Of a DNA stretch of 64,000 bases, positions 1 through 9,973 are shown piece after piece; position 1 is the stretch's first letter, and each line of letters opens with the position of its first letter. This DNA comes from an uncultured delta proteobacterium (GTDB lineage: Bacteria > Myxococcota_A > Polyangia > Fen-1088). The stretch is from positions 64,001 to 128,000 of the forward strand of contig CAVYGB010000001.1 of the NCBI GenBank assembly GCA_963767925.1, written 5' to 3'. Both the position numbers and the translations under genes were made by a program. The notes beneath the pieces were generated by a model. The model had not been told where the DNA came from. It made no database searches and worked only from the letters and a program-made list of their open reading frames with translations.

Positions 1-2632
1 CGGCCTGCAGATCGGGATCGTCGATGAGAGGCAAGTCGGCGATGGCCTCGATGGGGCGGTCGCCCAGCAACTCCTGCACGTGGGCCTGGGCGGCGGCCAC
101 GTCCGCCTCGGTGGGGGTGGCGGGCAGGTCGATCCCGAACAGCGCCAGGCAGGCCACCTCGGCCGCCACCGCCTCGGCGGGCTGGCCCTGGGCGTTGTGG
201 GCGTCCCGCTGGAGCAGGAAGGCGCGCACCTTTTCCCGCGGGGTGCGGGCGCGCTCGGCGCCCCGTCGGGCCCGGGCCAGCGCCCCCGCGACGTCGCCGT
301 CGAGCAGCTCGCACTCGGCGGCGGCCAGCTCCAGGGGGTGGGTCAGGCGGTAAAACGTGCTCCAGGCGGCGTCCGGGTCGGCCTCGCCGGCCGCCCGCCG
401 AAGCAGATCTACCCCGGCGACGAGGTAGCCCAGGGCCGAGCGGTAGGCGCTGGCCGCCTTGGCCTTGAGGCCGGAGGTCAGGTTCAGCTCGGCCAGCTCC
501 TCGAGCTCGGCGGGGTGCTCGATGCGGGCCGCCCCCCGGTTCAGGTGGCTCACGATCTCGAACACCGCCTCCGCCCGCTCCGCCTCCGGCGTGTGGGCCA
601 GCAGCAGGCGGCCGACCCGCAGGTGCACCTGCGGGCGCTCCTCCTCGGGGATCGAGGCGCCGGCCGCCTGGCGCACCCGATCGTGGGCGAAGCGGTATGC
701 GCCGGCGCTGCTGGTGAACATGCCCTCGCCGGCGGCCTCGGCCATCAGCTTCTCGATGTCCGCGGTGCGCCGGCGGCAGAGCACGGCCAGGATGGCCCGG
801 TGGCGCAGGTCGCCCACCACCGCCGCGTACTTCAGCAGCTCCTGCAGGGGAGGGGGCAGACGTTGCAGGCGCTCGAGCAGCAGGTCGACGACGTTGGCGG
901 TGGTGGGGCGGGCGGCGGCGCGCGCCAGGTCCCAGCGCCAGCGGCCGCTCTCCGCCTCGCGCGCGGCCAGCCCCTCCTTCCACAGGGTGGTGAGGAACTC
1001 GATGGCGAACAGGGGGTTGCCGCCGGTACGATCGTGGACGAGGGCGCCCAGCGCCTCGACCTCGTCATCCAGGCCGCGGCCGAACATGTCCCCGACGAGA
1101 TCGCGCAGGTCTCCGGCCGCCAGCGCGGGCAGGGCCACGGTCTGCAGGCGCGCCGCCCGCTGCAGCTCGGCCAGGGCCAGGGCCAGCGGGTGCTCCTCGC
1201 CCACCTCGTTGTCCCGGTAGGCCCCCAGCAGCAGCAGCCCGCGCGGCTCGTCCTCGCCGGCGAGCTGCACCAGCAGGCGCAAGCTGGCCGGGTCGGCCCA
1301 CTGCAGGTCGTCGAGGAACAGCACCACCGGGTGCTCGCGGGCGGCGAAGGCGGCGACGAAGTCGCGCAGCACGGTCGAGAAGCGCTGGCGGGCGTCGGCG
1401 GGCGACAGCTCCTCGACGGGTGGCTGCTCGCCGAGGATGAGGGTGAGCTGGGGGACGAGATCGGTGATCAGGCGCCCGTTGCCGCGCAGGGCGCCCAGCA
1501 GCCGCTGGCGCCAGGACGCGATGTGGGCGTCGCTCTCGGCCAGCAGATCGCCCACCACCTGGCGGACGGCCTGCACCACGGTGGAGTAGGGGACCTCCCC
1601 ACCCAGGGGATCGAACTTGCCGGCGAGGAACCGCCCGCCCGCCTCGAGCACCGGCTCTTGCAGCTCGTGCGCCAGCGAGGTCTTGCCCGCCCCGGCCGGG
1701 CCCCGCAGCAGCAGCACCTCCGGCGCTCCGCCCGCGGTGATCCGCCGCCAGGTCTGGCGGAGGGTGGCTCGCTCGTGCAGCCGCCCGTGCAGGTGGGTGG
1801 GGGCGACGGGGTGGTCGGCGCCGTCGCGCTCGGCCAGCGGGAAGCCCTCGATGCGTCCGGACGCCTGCCAGTCCGCCCGGCAACGCGCGAGATCGCGGGC
1901 CAGCCCGGCGGCGCTCTGGTAGCGCTCGGCGGCGTTCTTGGCCAGCAGCTTCATCAGCAGGCGGGCCACTTGCGCGGGGACGCTCCCTTCGAGCGGGCGG
2001 GGCGCGCGGGCGACGTGGCAGTGGATCCACCCCACCGGATCTTCGGCGACGAAGGGCAGGCGGCCAGCCAGCGCCTGGTAAAAGGTGATCCCCAGCGCGT
2101 ACAGATCGGCCCGGTGGTCGACCGGCCGGTCGAGGCGTCCGGTCTGCTCGGGGGCGAGGTAGGCGTATGTGCCCGCGCCGCTGATGCCGAAGTCGATGAT
2201 CCAGGCGCGGCCCGCCTCCTCGTCGACGAGGAGGCAGCCGGGCTGCAGATCCTTGTGCAGGATGCCCTGCCGGTGCACCTGGGCCAGCGCCTCGGCGATG
2301 GGCACCGCCAGGCGCAGGAAGCGATCCACCTCGAGGGGCCCGGTCAAGGCGGCCAGGGGTCGACCGCCGAGGTCTTCGTAGACCAGGGCCGGCAGCCCCT
2401 GGAAGCGATCCAGCCCCAGCGGCCGGGGGGCGCCAGCGCCGGCCAGCTCCTCGGCGATCCGCCGCTCGCGCTCCAGCCGCTCGACGTCGCGAGGGAGGGC
2501 GTGGCGGGGCCCCAGCACCTCGAGGAGGACGCGTTGTTCATCCGCGTCGCGGGTCCCGCGATAGATGATCCGCCGCTCGGAGGCCAGCAAGGTCTCGGTG
2601 ACCGAATACACCCCACGCTGCTCCGCAGCCAT
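1..2632 (-). CDS. Ser/Thr kinase-AAA ATPase multidomain sensor (trifunctional STK/ATP-binding/sensor kinase type), 3' end runs off window
   Basis: My minus-strand translation from ATG 2632 (MAAEQRGVYSVTETLL) gives HKDLQP, IDFG, YLAPEQTGRLDRPVDHRADLYALG, P-loop GPAGAGKT, LFLDDLQWAD and TGGNPLF. Not in the ORF track because no stop falls inside the window. Confidence 0.9.
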   Translation of the reverse strand, partial: MAAEQRGVYSVTETLLASERRIIYRGTRDADEQRVLLEVLGPRHALPRDVERLERERRIAEELAGAGAPRPLGLDRFQGLPALVYEDLGGRPLAALTGPLEVDRFLRLAVPIAEALAQVHRQGILHKDLQPGCLLVDEEAGRAWIIDFGISGAGTYAYLAPEQTGRLDRPVDHRADLYALGITFYQALAGRLPFVAEDPVGWIHCHVARAPRPLEGSVPAQVARLLMKLLAKNAAERYQSAAGLARDLARCRADWQASGRIEGFPLAERDGADHPVAPTHLHGRLHERATLRQTWRRITAGGAPEVLLLRGPAGAGKTSLAHELQEPVLEAGGRFLAGKFDPLGGEVPYSTVVQAVRQVVGDLLAESDAHIASWRQRLLGALRGNGRLITDLVPQLTLILGEQPPVEELSPADARQRFSTVLRDFVAAFAAREHPVVLFLDDLQWADPASLRLLVQLAGEDEPRGLLLLGAYRDNEVGEEHPLALALAELQRAARLQTVALPALAAGDLRDLVGDMFGRGLDDEVEALGALVHDRTGGNPLFAIEFLTTLWKEGLAAREAESGRWRWDLARAAARPTTANVVDLLLERLQRLPPPLQELLKYAAVVGDLRHRAILAVLCRRRTADIEKLMAEAAGEGMFTSSAGAYRFAHDRVRQAAGASIPEEERPQVHLRVGRLLLAHTPEAERAEAVFEIVSHLNRGAARIEHPAELEELAELNLTSGLKAKAASAYRSALGYLVAGVDLLRRAAGEADPDAAWSTFYRLTHPLELAAAECELLDGDVAGALARARRGAERARTPREKVRAFLLQRDAHNAQGQPAEAVAAEVACLALFGIDLPATPTEADVAAAQAHVQELLGDRPIEAIADLPLIDDPDLQA

Positions 2633-3045
2633 GCTCGCTAGCCCGTCGCCTCCCCGGTGCCCATGCCCCTGTCCACGTCGTCTCGCCGACTATGAGAATG
2701 CCGAGCGGCGCGACCACCCGTGTGGCAGGACCGGAAATTCTAGATGAAGGTGAACGCCATACGGCTCTCCGGGCGACGGCTCGCAGCAGCCGCGCAAGAT
2801 TTTCCACGGAGGCCGTTCCGGTGCGCAGGGCGAACCGGCGCAGGCGCCGAGCACGCCGCCGCGGTGATGCCCACGTCGCGGGGAGGTGAGCGGCGGCGCG
2901 CGCCATGGCGGCGGCGGGGTGAAGTCGTCGGGGCGGTAGTGCTCCATGAGCCCCAGGTCGTCCGAGGATGGCACGTCTCCTGTCGGCCGTCGTCAACTCT
3001 CTGGCAAACCGAGTGATCGACCTCAGTTCGTGCGAAAATGCCGGG

Positions 3046-4308
3046 ATGGCCATGGCTGATCACGGGCTGCGGGTGCGCCTCCGAGGTCGAGGGACGAGCG
3101 GGAGGCTGCTCGCGGCGCTCGCGGTCGTGCTCGGCGCCCAGGCTCTCCCGGGGCAGGTGGCCGCGGGGGATCCGGGGCCGATCCCCCAGCGGGCCCCGCT
3201 GGGTGTGAGCTACTCGGGGTGGAAGGGGGGGTTCACCGACGTGGCCCAGCGGCTCGACACCTTCCGGGCGGTCGGCTTTTCCCTCGTCACCTTCATCCCG
3301 GCCTACGCCTACGTGGGGCGCAACCGGATCGACCTCGCCTCCGGCCCCACCCCCGAGGAGCTGGGGCGGGCGGTCGAGCTGGCCCTGCGGGGCGGGCAGT
3401 CGGTCGTCATCAAGCCCCACCTCGAGCCGCTGCTGTACATGCCCGGCTACCAGCGGGCGCTGTCGGACAACCATAGCTGGCGGGCCGAGACCGGCTGGCG
3501 GGGCTTCTTCGACGTCGACCCCATGACCGACGACTACCGGGAGGGGGTGGTGCTCAGCGGCCTGCGCGTGCTCGGGCGGGTGTTCGAGCGCCTGGGGCCG
3601 GAGGGGGCGCGGGTGCCGCCGGTGCGCTTCGATCTGGGGGCCGAGCTGATGAACTCGATCGTCGAGTTCCCCGGAGGGTGGGAGCGCCTGCTGGGCGCCG
3701 CCCGGGTCGAGCAGCGCCGCCTGAAGCTGGAGGGCCGGGTGCTCCTTTCTCACAACTTCTCCCACCACTTCGCCATCCTCGAGGACCAGGTCGAGCGGAT
3801 GGACCCCCGCGCCCGCCGGGCCCTCCGCCGCTACATCGTGGGCCTCGACGCCCTGGCCATCTCCCAGTACATGGACCTCACGGTGGCCGTCCCGGTCAGC
3901 GAGCGGCTGCCCGCCCTGGCGCGGCTGCCGACCGCCGACGAGGTGGCGGAGGCGCTGCGCACCCACGAGCGCGACCTCCGGCGGGTGATCTTGCAGGACG
4001 GGCTGGGGATCCGCCCGGCCCAGGTGCCCCCCTTCCACATCGGGGAGTTCGGGGTGGGCAGCGGCGGCCTGCGCCACCCCAACCTGTGGGGTCCCCTCGG
4101 CACGCCCGAGCAGGAGAAGGCCCGGGCCCTCGAGGTGGCCCGCGGCCACGAGGGGCTGATCCGCTACCTGTCGCAGCCGCAGGGGCGCACCGCCCGCAGC
4201 GCGGTCCTCTGGGTCACCGGCACCCACTTCGACGTCTTCGGGTGGCGCAACCCGGCCTGGGCCATCCCCGCCGCCTCGGCGGCCATCTCGGAGTACGTGA
4301 AGAAATGA
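3046..4308 (+). CDS. Secreted TIM-barrel glycoside hydrolase-like protein (GH113-like)
   Basis: Signal-like LLAALAVVLGAQA; VVIKPHL, LGAEL and FHIGEFG motifs resemble clan GH-A. Start uncertain (2968/3046/3052). Confidence 0.55.
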   Translation: MAMADHGLRVRLRGRGTSGRLLAALAVVLGAQALPGQVAAGDPGPIPQRAPLGVSYSGWKGGFTDVAQRLDTFRAVGFSLVTFIPAYAYVGRNRIDLASGPTPEELGRAVELALRGGQSVVIKPHLEPLLYMPGYQRALSDNHSWRAETGWRGFFDVDPMTDDYREGVVLSGLRVLGRVFERLGPEGARVPPVRFDLGAELMNSIVEFPGGWERLLGAARVEQRRLKLEGRVLLSHNFSHHFAILEDQVERMDPRARRALRRYIVGLDALAISQYMDLTVAVPVSERLPALARLPTADEVAEALRTHERDLRRVILQDGLGIRPAQVPPFHIGEFGVGSGGLRHPNLWGPLGTPEQEKARALEVARGHEGLIRYLSQPQGRTARSAVLWVTGTHFDVFGWRNPAWAIPAASAAISEYVKK

Positions 4309-5582
4309 TCGGGCGGCGGGCCGCCCTGCTGCTCGCGATCGCCCTGGCCCCGGCGGCGGCCGGCGCCGCCCCCGACCCCTTGCCCCGCGGGCGCCCGGAC
4401 GCGCTGGGGGTCTCCTCGGCCCGGCTGGCCCGCATCGGCCAGGTCCTGCAGCAGGAGATCGCCGAGGGGCGCATGCCCGGTGCCGTGGTGGCCATCGCCC
4501 GCCGGGGCAAGCTCATCTACCACGAGGCCTTCGGCTACCTCGACAAGGCGGCCGGCACGCCGATGCCGAAGGACGCGATCTTCTCGATCGCCTCGATGAC
4601 GAAGCCGCTCACCGGGGTGGCGACGCTGATCCTGCAAGAGGAGGGCAAGCTGCACCTGGCCGAGCCGGCCCTCAAGTACCTCCCCGTGCTGGGCAAGATG
4701 CGGGTGGCGGCCGATCCCGCCGCCGCCGACGGGGTGCCGATCCGGACCGTGCCGCCCCGCTCGCCCATCACCATCCAGGATCTCATGCGCCACACCGCCG
4801 GCATGGCCTACGGCTGGGAGGGCAAGACGCCGCTCTACAAGCTGTGGCCCAGCTCGGCCGCCGACTTCGCCCGCGAATTCGAGCCGGCCGAGTTCCTGGC
4901 CCGCCTCGAGGCGCTGCCGCTCATCGACCACCCCGCCTCGGTCTGGGTCTACAGCATCGCCAACGACGTGCTGGGCCTGCTTGTCGAGCAGGTGGCCAAA
5001 AAGTCGCTGGCCGGTCTTCTCGACGAGCGGCTGTTCCGCCCGCTCGGCATGGTCGACAGCGGCTTCGTCGTGCCGCCCGAGAAGGTCCGGCGTTACGCCC
5101 GGGCCCTGGCCAGAGATCCCGAGACCGGCCAGCCGCTCACCGTCACCGACTCGACAAAGCCCCACCGCTGGGCCTGCGGGGGGGCCTGCGCCGTCTCGAC
5201 CGCCGCCGACTACCTGCGCTTCGCCCAGATGTTGCTCGACCGGGGCCGCCTGGGCGGCGCCCGCGTCCTCGGCCGCAAGTCGGTCGAGCTGATGACCAGC
5301 GATCACCTCGGCGGCGAGATCCCCATGCTCGCCGCCCGCACCGACCCCACCCGCCGGGGCAGCGGCTACGGCCTCACGGTCTCGGTGCGGGTCCAGCCCG
5401 GGGTCTCCCCCTTCCTCGGCTCGGTGGGGGAGTTCGGCTGGGGGGGCGCCTACGGCACCCAGTTCTGGGTCGACCCGCGCGAGCAGCTCGTCGTGGTGCT
5501 GATGGCCCACACCCCCGGCACGCAGCGGGTGCACTTTCGCCAGCTCATCGGCTCGCTCGTCCTGCAAGCTCTCGTCGATTGA
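4305..5582 (+). CDS. Serine hydrolase, beta-lactamase/esterase family
   Basis: IASMTK (SxxK), LMRHTAG, WVYS, FGWGGAYGTQFWVDP; signal peptide; ATGA overlap with upstream gene. Confidence 0.9.
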   Translation: MIGRRAALLLAIALAPAAAGAAPDPLPRGRPDALGVSSARLARIGQVLQQEIAEGRMPGAVVAIARRGKLIYHEAFGYLDKAAGTPMPKDAIFSIASMTKPLTGVATLILQEEGKLHLAEPALKYLPVLGKMRVAADPAAADGVPIRTVPPRSPITIQDLMRHTAGMAYGWEGKTPLYKLWPSSAADFAREFEPAEFLARLEALPLIDHPASVWVYSIANDVLGLLVEQVAKKSLAGLLDERLFRPLGMVDSGFVVPPEKVRRYARALARDPETGQPLTVTDSTKPHRWACGGACAVSTAADYLRFAQMLLDRGRLGGARVLGRKSVELMTSDHLGGEIPMLAARTDPTRRGSGYGLTVSVRVQPGVSPFLGSVGEFGWGGAYGTQFWVDPREQLVVVLMAHTPGTQRVHFRQLIGSLVLQALVD

Positions 5583-6492
5583 CCCGGATCGAGGTGAGGA
5601 TCGAGCCCCCGAGCAGGGCGAGGATCACCGCCAGCGAGACCCCGATCGGGATGGGGTAAAGCCCCGCCAGCAGCATCTTGATCCCCACGAAGATCAGCAC
5701 GAGCGACAGCCCGATCTTGAGGTGCCGGAACATGCCCAGCATCCCGGCCAGGGCGAAGTAGAGCGAGCGTAGCCCCAGGATGGCGAAGATGTTCGAGGTG
5801 TAGACGATGAAGGGGTCGTTGGTCACCGCGAAGATCGCGGGGATGGAGTCGACCGCGAACACGATGTCGGTGGCCTCGATGGCGACGAGCACCAGCAGCA
5901 GGGGGGTGGCGAAGCGCCGCCCGTTCTCGACCACGGTGAAGCGCCCGCCCCGGTAGTCGGGCACCGAGGGGACCAGGCGCTGGAACAGGCGAAACAGGGG
6001 GTTGCGCTCGGGGTGCACCTCCTGGTTCCGCTGCAGGAGCAGCTTGATGCCGGTGACGAGCAGGAAGATCCCGAACAGGTAGATCACCCAGTGGAAGCTG
6101 CTGAGCAGGGCGGCGCCGAGGGCGATGAACAGCGCCCGCATGACGAGGGCCCCCAGGATCCCCCAGAACAGCACCCGGTGCTGGAGCGCGGCCGGCACCG
6201 AGAAGGCGGAGAAGATCAGCAGGAAGACGAAGATGTTGTCGACCGAGAGCGCCTTCTCGATGACGTAGCCGGTCAGGAACTGCAGGGCGGCGCCCGAGCC
6301 GAACCAGAGATAGACACCCACATTGAACAGCAGGGCCAGCCCGATCCAGACGCCGGTCCAGACCAGCGCCTCGCGCACCTTGACCGGCCGCTGCGCCCGG
6401 TGAAACACCCCCAGGTCGAGGGCCAACATGGCCAGCACGAACGCCGTGAAGCCGATCCAGAGGGCCGGGTTGCCGATGCTCGGGGCGTCCAT
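5545..6492 (-). CDS. TerC/Alx family membrane protein
   Basis: IEKALSVDNIFVF, QHRVLFWGILGALVMR, DIVFAVDSIPAIFAVT, TSNIFAILGLRSLYF. Confidence 0.95.
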   Translation of the reverse strand: MDAPSIGNPALWIGFTAFVLAMLALDLGVFHRAQRPVKVREALVWTGVWIGLALLFNVGVYLWFGSGAALQFLTGYVIEKALSVDNIFVFLLIFSAFSVPAALQHRVLFWGILGALVMRALFIALGAALLSSFHWVIYLFGIFLLVTGIKLLLQRNQEVHPERNPLFRLFQRLVPSVPDYRGGRFTVVENGRRFATPLLLVLVAIEATDIVFAVDSIPAIFAVTNDPFIVYTSNIFAILGLRSLYFALAGMLGMFRHLKIGLSLVLIFVGIKMLLAGLYPIPIGVSLAVILALLGGSILTSIRVNRRELAGRASR

Positions 6493-6560
6493 CGGGGGGA
6501 AAGGTGCCGCTCGTGGCACACGTCGACAACTACGAAATTTACGAACAATCTGTCGCTTGC

Positions 6561-7484
6561 ATGAACACGACGCCCCGGCCGCCCCTCGAGTGGCTCAACT
6601 ACCACCATCTGCTCTACTTCTGGATGGTGGCCCGGGAGGGGGGGCTGGTGCCGGCCGCCGCCGTGTTGCGGGTGTCCCACTCCACGGTGAGCGCCCAGAT
6701 CCACGCGCTCGAGCGGGACCTCGGCGAGCGGCTGTTCTCCCGCCAGGGGCGGCGCCTGGCCCTCACCGACATGGGGCAGCTCGTGTACCGCTACGCCGGG
6801 GAGATCTTCAACCTGGGCCAGGAGCTGCTCGACGCCACCCGGGACCGGCCGAGCGGGCGGCCCCTGCGGCTGCAGGTGGGGGTGGCCGACGCCGTCCCCA
6901 AGCTGGTGGCCCACCGGCTGCTCGCCCCCGCGCGCGCGCTGGCCGCACCCCTGCACCTGGTCTGCCGGGAGGGCAGTCAGGACCGGCTGCTGGCCGACCT
7001 GGCGGTGCACGCTCTCGACGTCGTGCTGTCCGAGGCGCCGGTCCCCCCCGGTAGCAGGGTGCGGGCCTTCAGCCACCCGCTGGGCGAGTCGGGGGTGACC
7101 TTCCTGGCCAGCGCCAAGCTGGCGGCGCGGGCCCGGGGGCGGCTGCCTGGCGCTCTCGAGGGGCTGCCCCTGTTGCTGCCCACCGACAACACCAGCTTGC
7201 GCCGGGGCATCGACGAGTGGCTGCACCACCACCAGGTGCGGCCCCTGCTGGTCGGCGAGTTCGAGGACGCCGCTCTGCTGCAGGTGTTCGGCGCCGACGG
7301 CATGGGCGTCTTCCCGGTGCCGACCGTGGTCGAGGAGGAGGTGCGCCGCCACCACCCGGTCCGCCCGGTGGGTCGCACCACCGACGTCAAGGAGCGCTTC
7401 TTTGCCCTCTCGATCGCCCGCCGCCTCGAGCACCCGGCGGTGGTGGCGATCGCCCGCTCGGCCCGCACCGACCTGTTCCGCTGA
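6561..7484 (+). CDS. nhaR: NhaR-type LysR transcriptional activator
   Basis: LEWLNYHHLLYFWMVAREG N-terminus, VGVADAVPKLVA, GEFEDAALL; divergent from the TerC gene. Confidence 0.85.
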   Translation: MNTTPRPPLEWLNYHHLLYFWMVAREGGLVPAAAVLRVSHSTVSAQIHALERDLGERLFSRQGRRLALTDMGQLVYRYAGEIFNLGQELLDATRDRPSGRPLRLQVGVADAVPKLVAHRLLAPARALAAPLHLVCREGSQDRLLADLAVHALDVVLSEAPVPPGSRVRAFSHPLGESGVTFLASAKLAARARGRLPGALEGLPLLLPTDNTSLRRGIDEWLHHHQVRPLLVGEFEDAALLQVFGADGMGVFPVPTVVEEEVRRHHPVRPVGRTTDVKERFFALSIARRLEHPAVVAIARSARTDLFR

Positions 7485-7614
7485 CGGCGCTGCGAATCCG
7501 GCACGCGCCGGGTCAGCGCGACAGGACAGGCGGGAGATGATATAGGGCTGCCTGTCCGGGACGACTGGGCGGCGGGGTCACCCCCCGGCCCGCCTCGGGG
7601 AGGAGACAACCGCG

Positions 7615-8949
7615 GTGCAAGATCTCACGCAGGGTTCGCTGGCCCGCAACGTCCTGAGCATGTCCGGCTTCATGCTGGTCAGCATGGTCTTCCAGACCCT
7701 GTATTTCCTGGTCGACCTCTACTTCGTGGGCCGCCTGGGGCGGGCGGCCGTCGCGGCGGTGAGCGTGTCGGGCAACCTGACCTTCGTGGTGCTGGCCGCT
7801 ACCCAGTCGCTGGGGGTGGGGACCACCGCCCTGATCTCGCACGCCGTGGGCCGGCGGGATCGCGCGCAGGCCCGCCTGCTGTTCAACCAGTCGCAGGTGC
7901 TGTCGCTGGTGGTGGGGGTGGCCTTCTTCGTGGTGGCGATGGCCCTGCGCGGGCCCTACGCCCGGGCGCTGTCCGCCGATCCCGAGACGGCGCGCCTGAC
8001 CTCCGACTACCTGGGCTGGTTCATCCCGGCGATGGCCCTGCAGTTCGCCCTGGTGGCGAGCAGCGCCGCCCTGCGGGGGACGGGCAACTTCAAGCCGGGC
8101 ATGATCATCCAGACCGGCAGCGTGGTGATCAACATCGTGCTCGCCCCGCTGCTCATCTTCGGCCTCGGCGGCCTGCCGGCGATGGGGGTGGCGGGGGCGG
8201 CCTTCGCTTCGTTCGTGGCGGTGGCCCTGGGGGTGGTGGCGCTGATCGTCTACGTGGTGCGGTCCGAGACCTACCTCGAGTTCGACCGGCCCGACCTGCG
8301 ACCGCGCCTGCACCTGTGGGGGCAGCTCCTCCGCATCGGCCTGCCCGCGGGGGCGGAGTTCGCCCTGATGGCCGTGTACATGGGGGCCATCTACACCGTG
8401 AGCCAGCCCTTCGGGGCGGCGGCCCAGGCCGGCTTCGGCATCGGCCTGCGGGTGATGCAGGCCGGGTTCATGCCGGTGGTGGCCCTCGGCTTCGCGGTCA
8501 GCCCGGTGGCGGGGCAAAACTTCGGGGCCCGCCTGTCCGGGCGGGTGCGCGAGACCTTCCGGGTGGGGGCGCTGATGGCCTGCGGGTTCATGGTGGCCCT
8601 GACCGTGATCTGCCTGCTGATCCCGGAGGCGCTGATCGGCGTCTTCTCGGACGATGTGGAGGTGCGGGCGGTGGGGGGCGAATACCTGCGCATCACCAGC
8701 TTCAACTTCGTGGGCTCGGGGATCATCTTCGTCAGCTCGAGCATGTTCCAGGCGCTCGGCAACAGCGTCCCCCCGCTGGCCAGCTCCTGTCTGCGGATCG
8801 TGCTGGTGGTCATCCCGGCCTTCTTGCTGGCGGGCGTGCCCGGGTTCCAGCTCCGCTGGATCTGGTTCCTCACGGTCCTGTCGGCGAATCTTCAGATGGT
8901 GGTCAACCTGCTGCTCCTGCGCCGCGAATACCGGCGCAAGCTCGACTAG
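7615..8949 (+). CDS. MATE family efflux transporter
   Basis: DLTQGSLARNVL, LRIGLPAG, VAGQNFGA; multi-TM profile; GGAG upstream of GTG. Confidence 0.93.
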   Translation: MQDLTQGSLARNVLSMSGFMLVSMVFQTLYFLVDLYFVGRLGRAAVAAVSVSGNLTFVVLAATQSLGVGTTALISHAVGRRDRAQARLLFNQSQVLSLVVGVAFFVVAMALRGPYARALSADPETARLTSDYLGWFIPAMALQFALVASSAALRGTGNFKPGMIIQTGSVVINIVLAPLLIFGLGGLPAMGVAGAAFASFVAVALGVVALIVYVVRSETYLEFDRPDLRPRLHLWGQLLRIGLPAGAEFALMAVYMGAIYTVSQPFGAAAQAGFGIGLRVMQAGFMPVVALGFAVSPVAGQNFGARLSGRVRETFRVGALMACGFMVALTVICLLIPEALIGVFSDDVEVRAVGGEYLRITSFNFVGSGIIFVSSSMFQALGNSVPPLASSCLRIVLVVIPAFLLAGVPGFQLRWIWFLTVLSANLQMVVNLLLLRREYRRKLD

Positions 8950-8961
8950 TGCGCCGCGCCA

Positions 8962-9011
8962 GGTCGGCCCGAGCGAAGCGAGGGAACCCGACTACTTCGA
9001 AAACAGTCCCT
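8962..9011 (+). repeat. Short hairpin repeat family A, copy 1
   Basis: Core CCGAGCGAAGCGAGGGAACCCGAC(T/C)ACTTCG also at 15839-15890 (+) and 47294-47334 (-). Confidence 0.85.
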
Positions 9012-9163
9012 GGCAGGCCGCCGCGGGCTGACCGCCGCTCGGGCGTCGACCCGACCGGGGCGCGGCAAAAGACGCCGGGGACGCAGATTCAGGAGTTGCT
9101 TGGAGGTCTCCAGCCCCGCCCGGAGCGCATCCTGTCTCCGAACCCCGACGAGGAGGCAGGACC

Positions 9164-9901
9164 ATGGCTGAGGAGACGGCGAGCAGCAGATCGAGGGCCG
9201 GTAACCGCCTGGACGAGCTCAAGCGGCTGCGGGACGAGATCCGGGATGATCTGCGTCGGGCCACGCTGGAGCTGCGCGACGAGTGGAAGGAGATCGAGCG
9301 GCGGCTGCCCGACCCCACCGCTGCCGCCGAGCAGGTCCGGGGCGCCACCTCCGAGATGGCCGAGCGGCTTGTCGACGAGCTGCGGAGGTTTCGCTCCCGC
9401 CTGCCCGGCGGCGCGGCGACCGGGACCGGGCCCGGCGCCGCGGGCGTGGCCCTCGCCGGGCTGATGTCGCGGCCGGTTGTGACCTGCCTGGAGGTCGACT
9501 CGCTGGCCCGGGCCGTGACCCTGATGTTCGAGCGCGACGTGGGCTTTTTGCCGGTGCTCGACTACGACGGCAAGATCGTCGGCACCCTGACCGACCGCGA
9601 CGCCGCCATCGCCGCGGCCACCCGGGGCCAGCGCTTCGAGGAGATCCCGGTCGAGACGGCGATGTGCCGGGCGGTTGTGACCTGCCTGCCGACCGCCACC
9701 CCCGCCCAGGTGCTCGGCCTGATGAGGCAGCGCCAGATCCGCCGGGTGCCCGTGGCCGAGGAGGGCCGCCCTCTGGGCGTCGTCACGATCAACGACCTCG
9801 CCCGCAACGCCGACAAGGCCAGCCTGACCACCCGGGACATCGCCGACACCCTCGCCGCCATCTCCCGCCCCCACCAACCCGGCGGCAACCTCGACGCCTA
9901 G
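9164..9901 (+). CDS. CBS-domain protein with N-terminal helical extension
   Basis: LMSRPVVTC, DVGFLPV, VGTLTDRD, IRRVPV, GVVTINDL. Confidence 0.9.
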   Translation: MAEETASSRSRAGNRLDELKRLRDEIRDDLRRATLELRDEWKEIERRLPDPTAAAEQVRGATSEMAERLVDELRRFRSRLPGGAATGTGPGAAGVALAGLMSRPVVTCLEVDSLARAVTLMFERDVGFLPVLDYDGKIVGTLTDRDAAIAAATRGQRFEEIPVETAMCRAVVTCLPTATPAQVLGLMRQRQIRRVPVAEEGRPLGVVTINDLARNADKASLTTRDIADTLAAISRPHQPGGNLDA

Positions 9902-9973
9902 GTCCGCTCGGGGATCCTCCCGCGGGGCTGCGCCGGGGGGGCGGGGGCGACGTATACTGCGGGGCGTAGGCCC

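Noticed and set aside
80..2641. 853-aa plus-strand ORF
   Set aside because: Antisense shadow of the minus-strand kinase-ATPase, typical of high-GC DNA.
5545..7484. TerC-NhaR divergon as novel, or a yybP-ykoY riboswitch upstream of TerC
   Set aside because: The pairing is common, and the 68-bp gap is too short and shows no riboswitch motif I can recognise.
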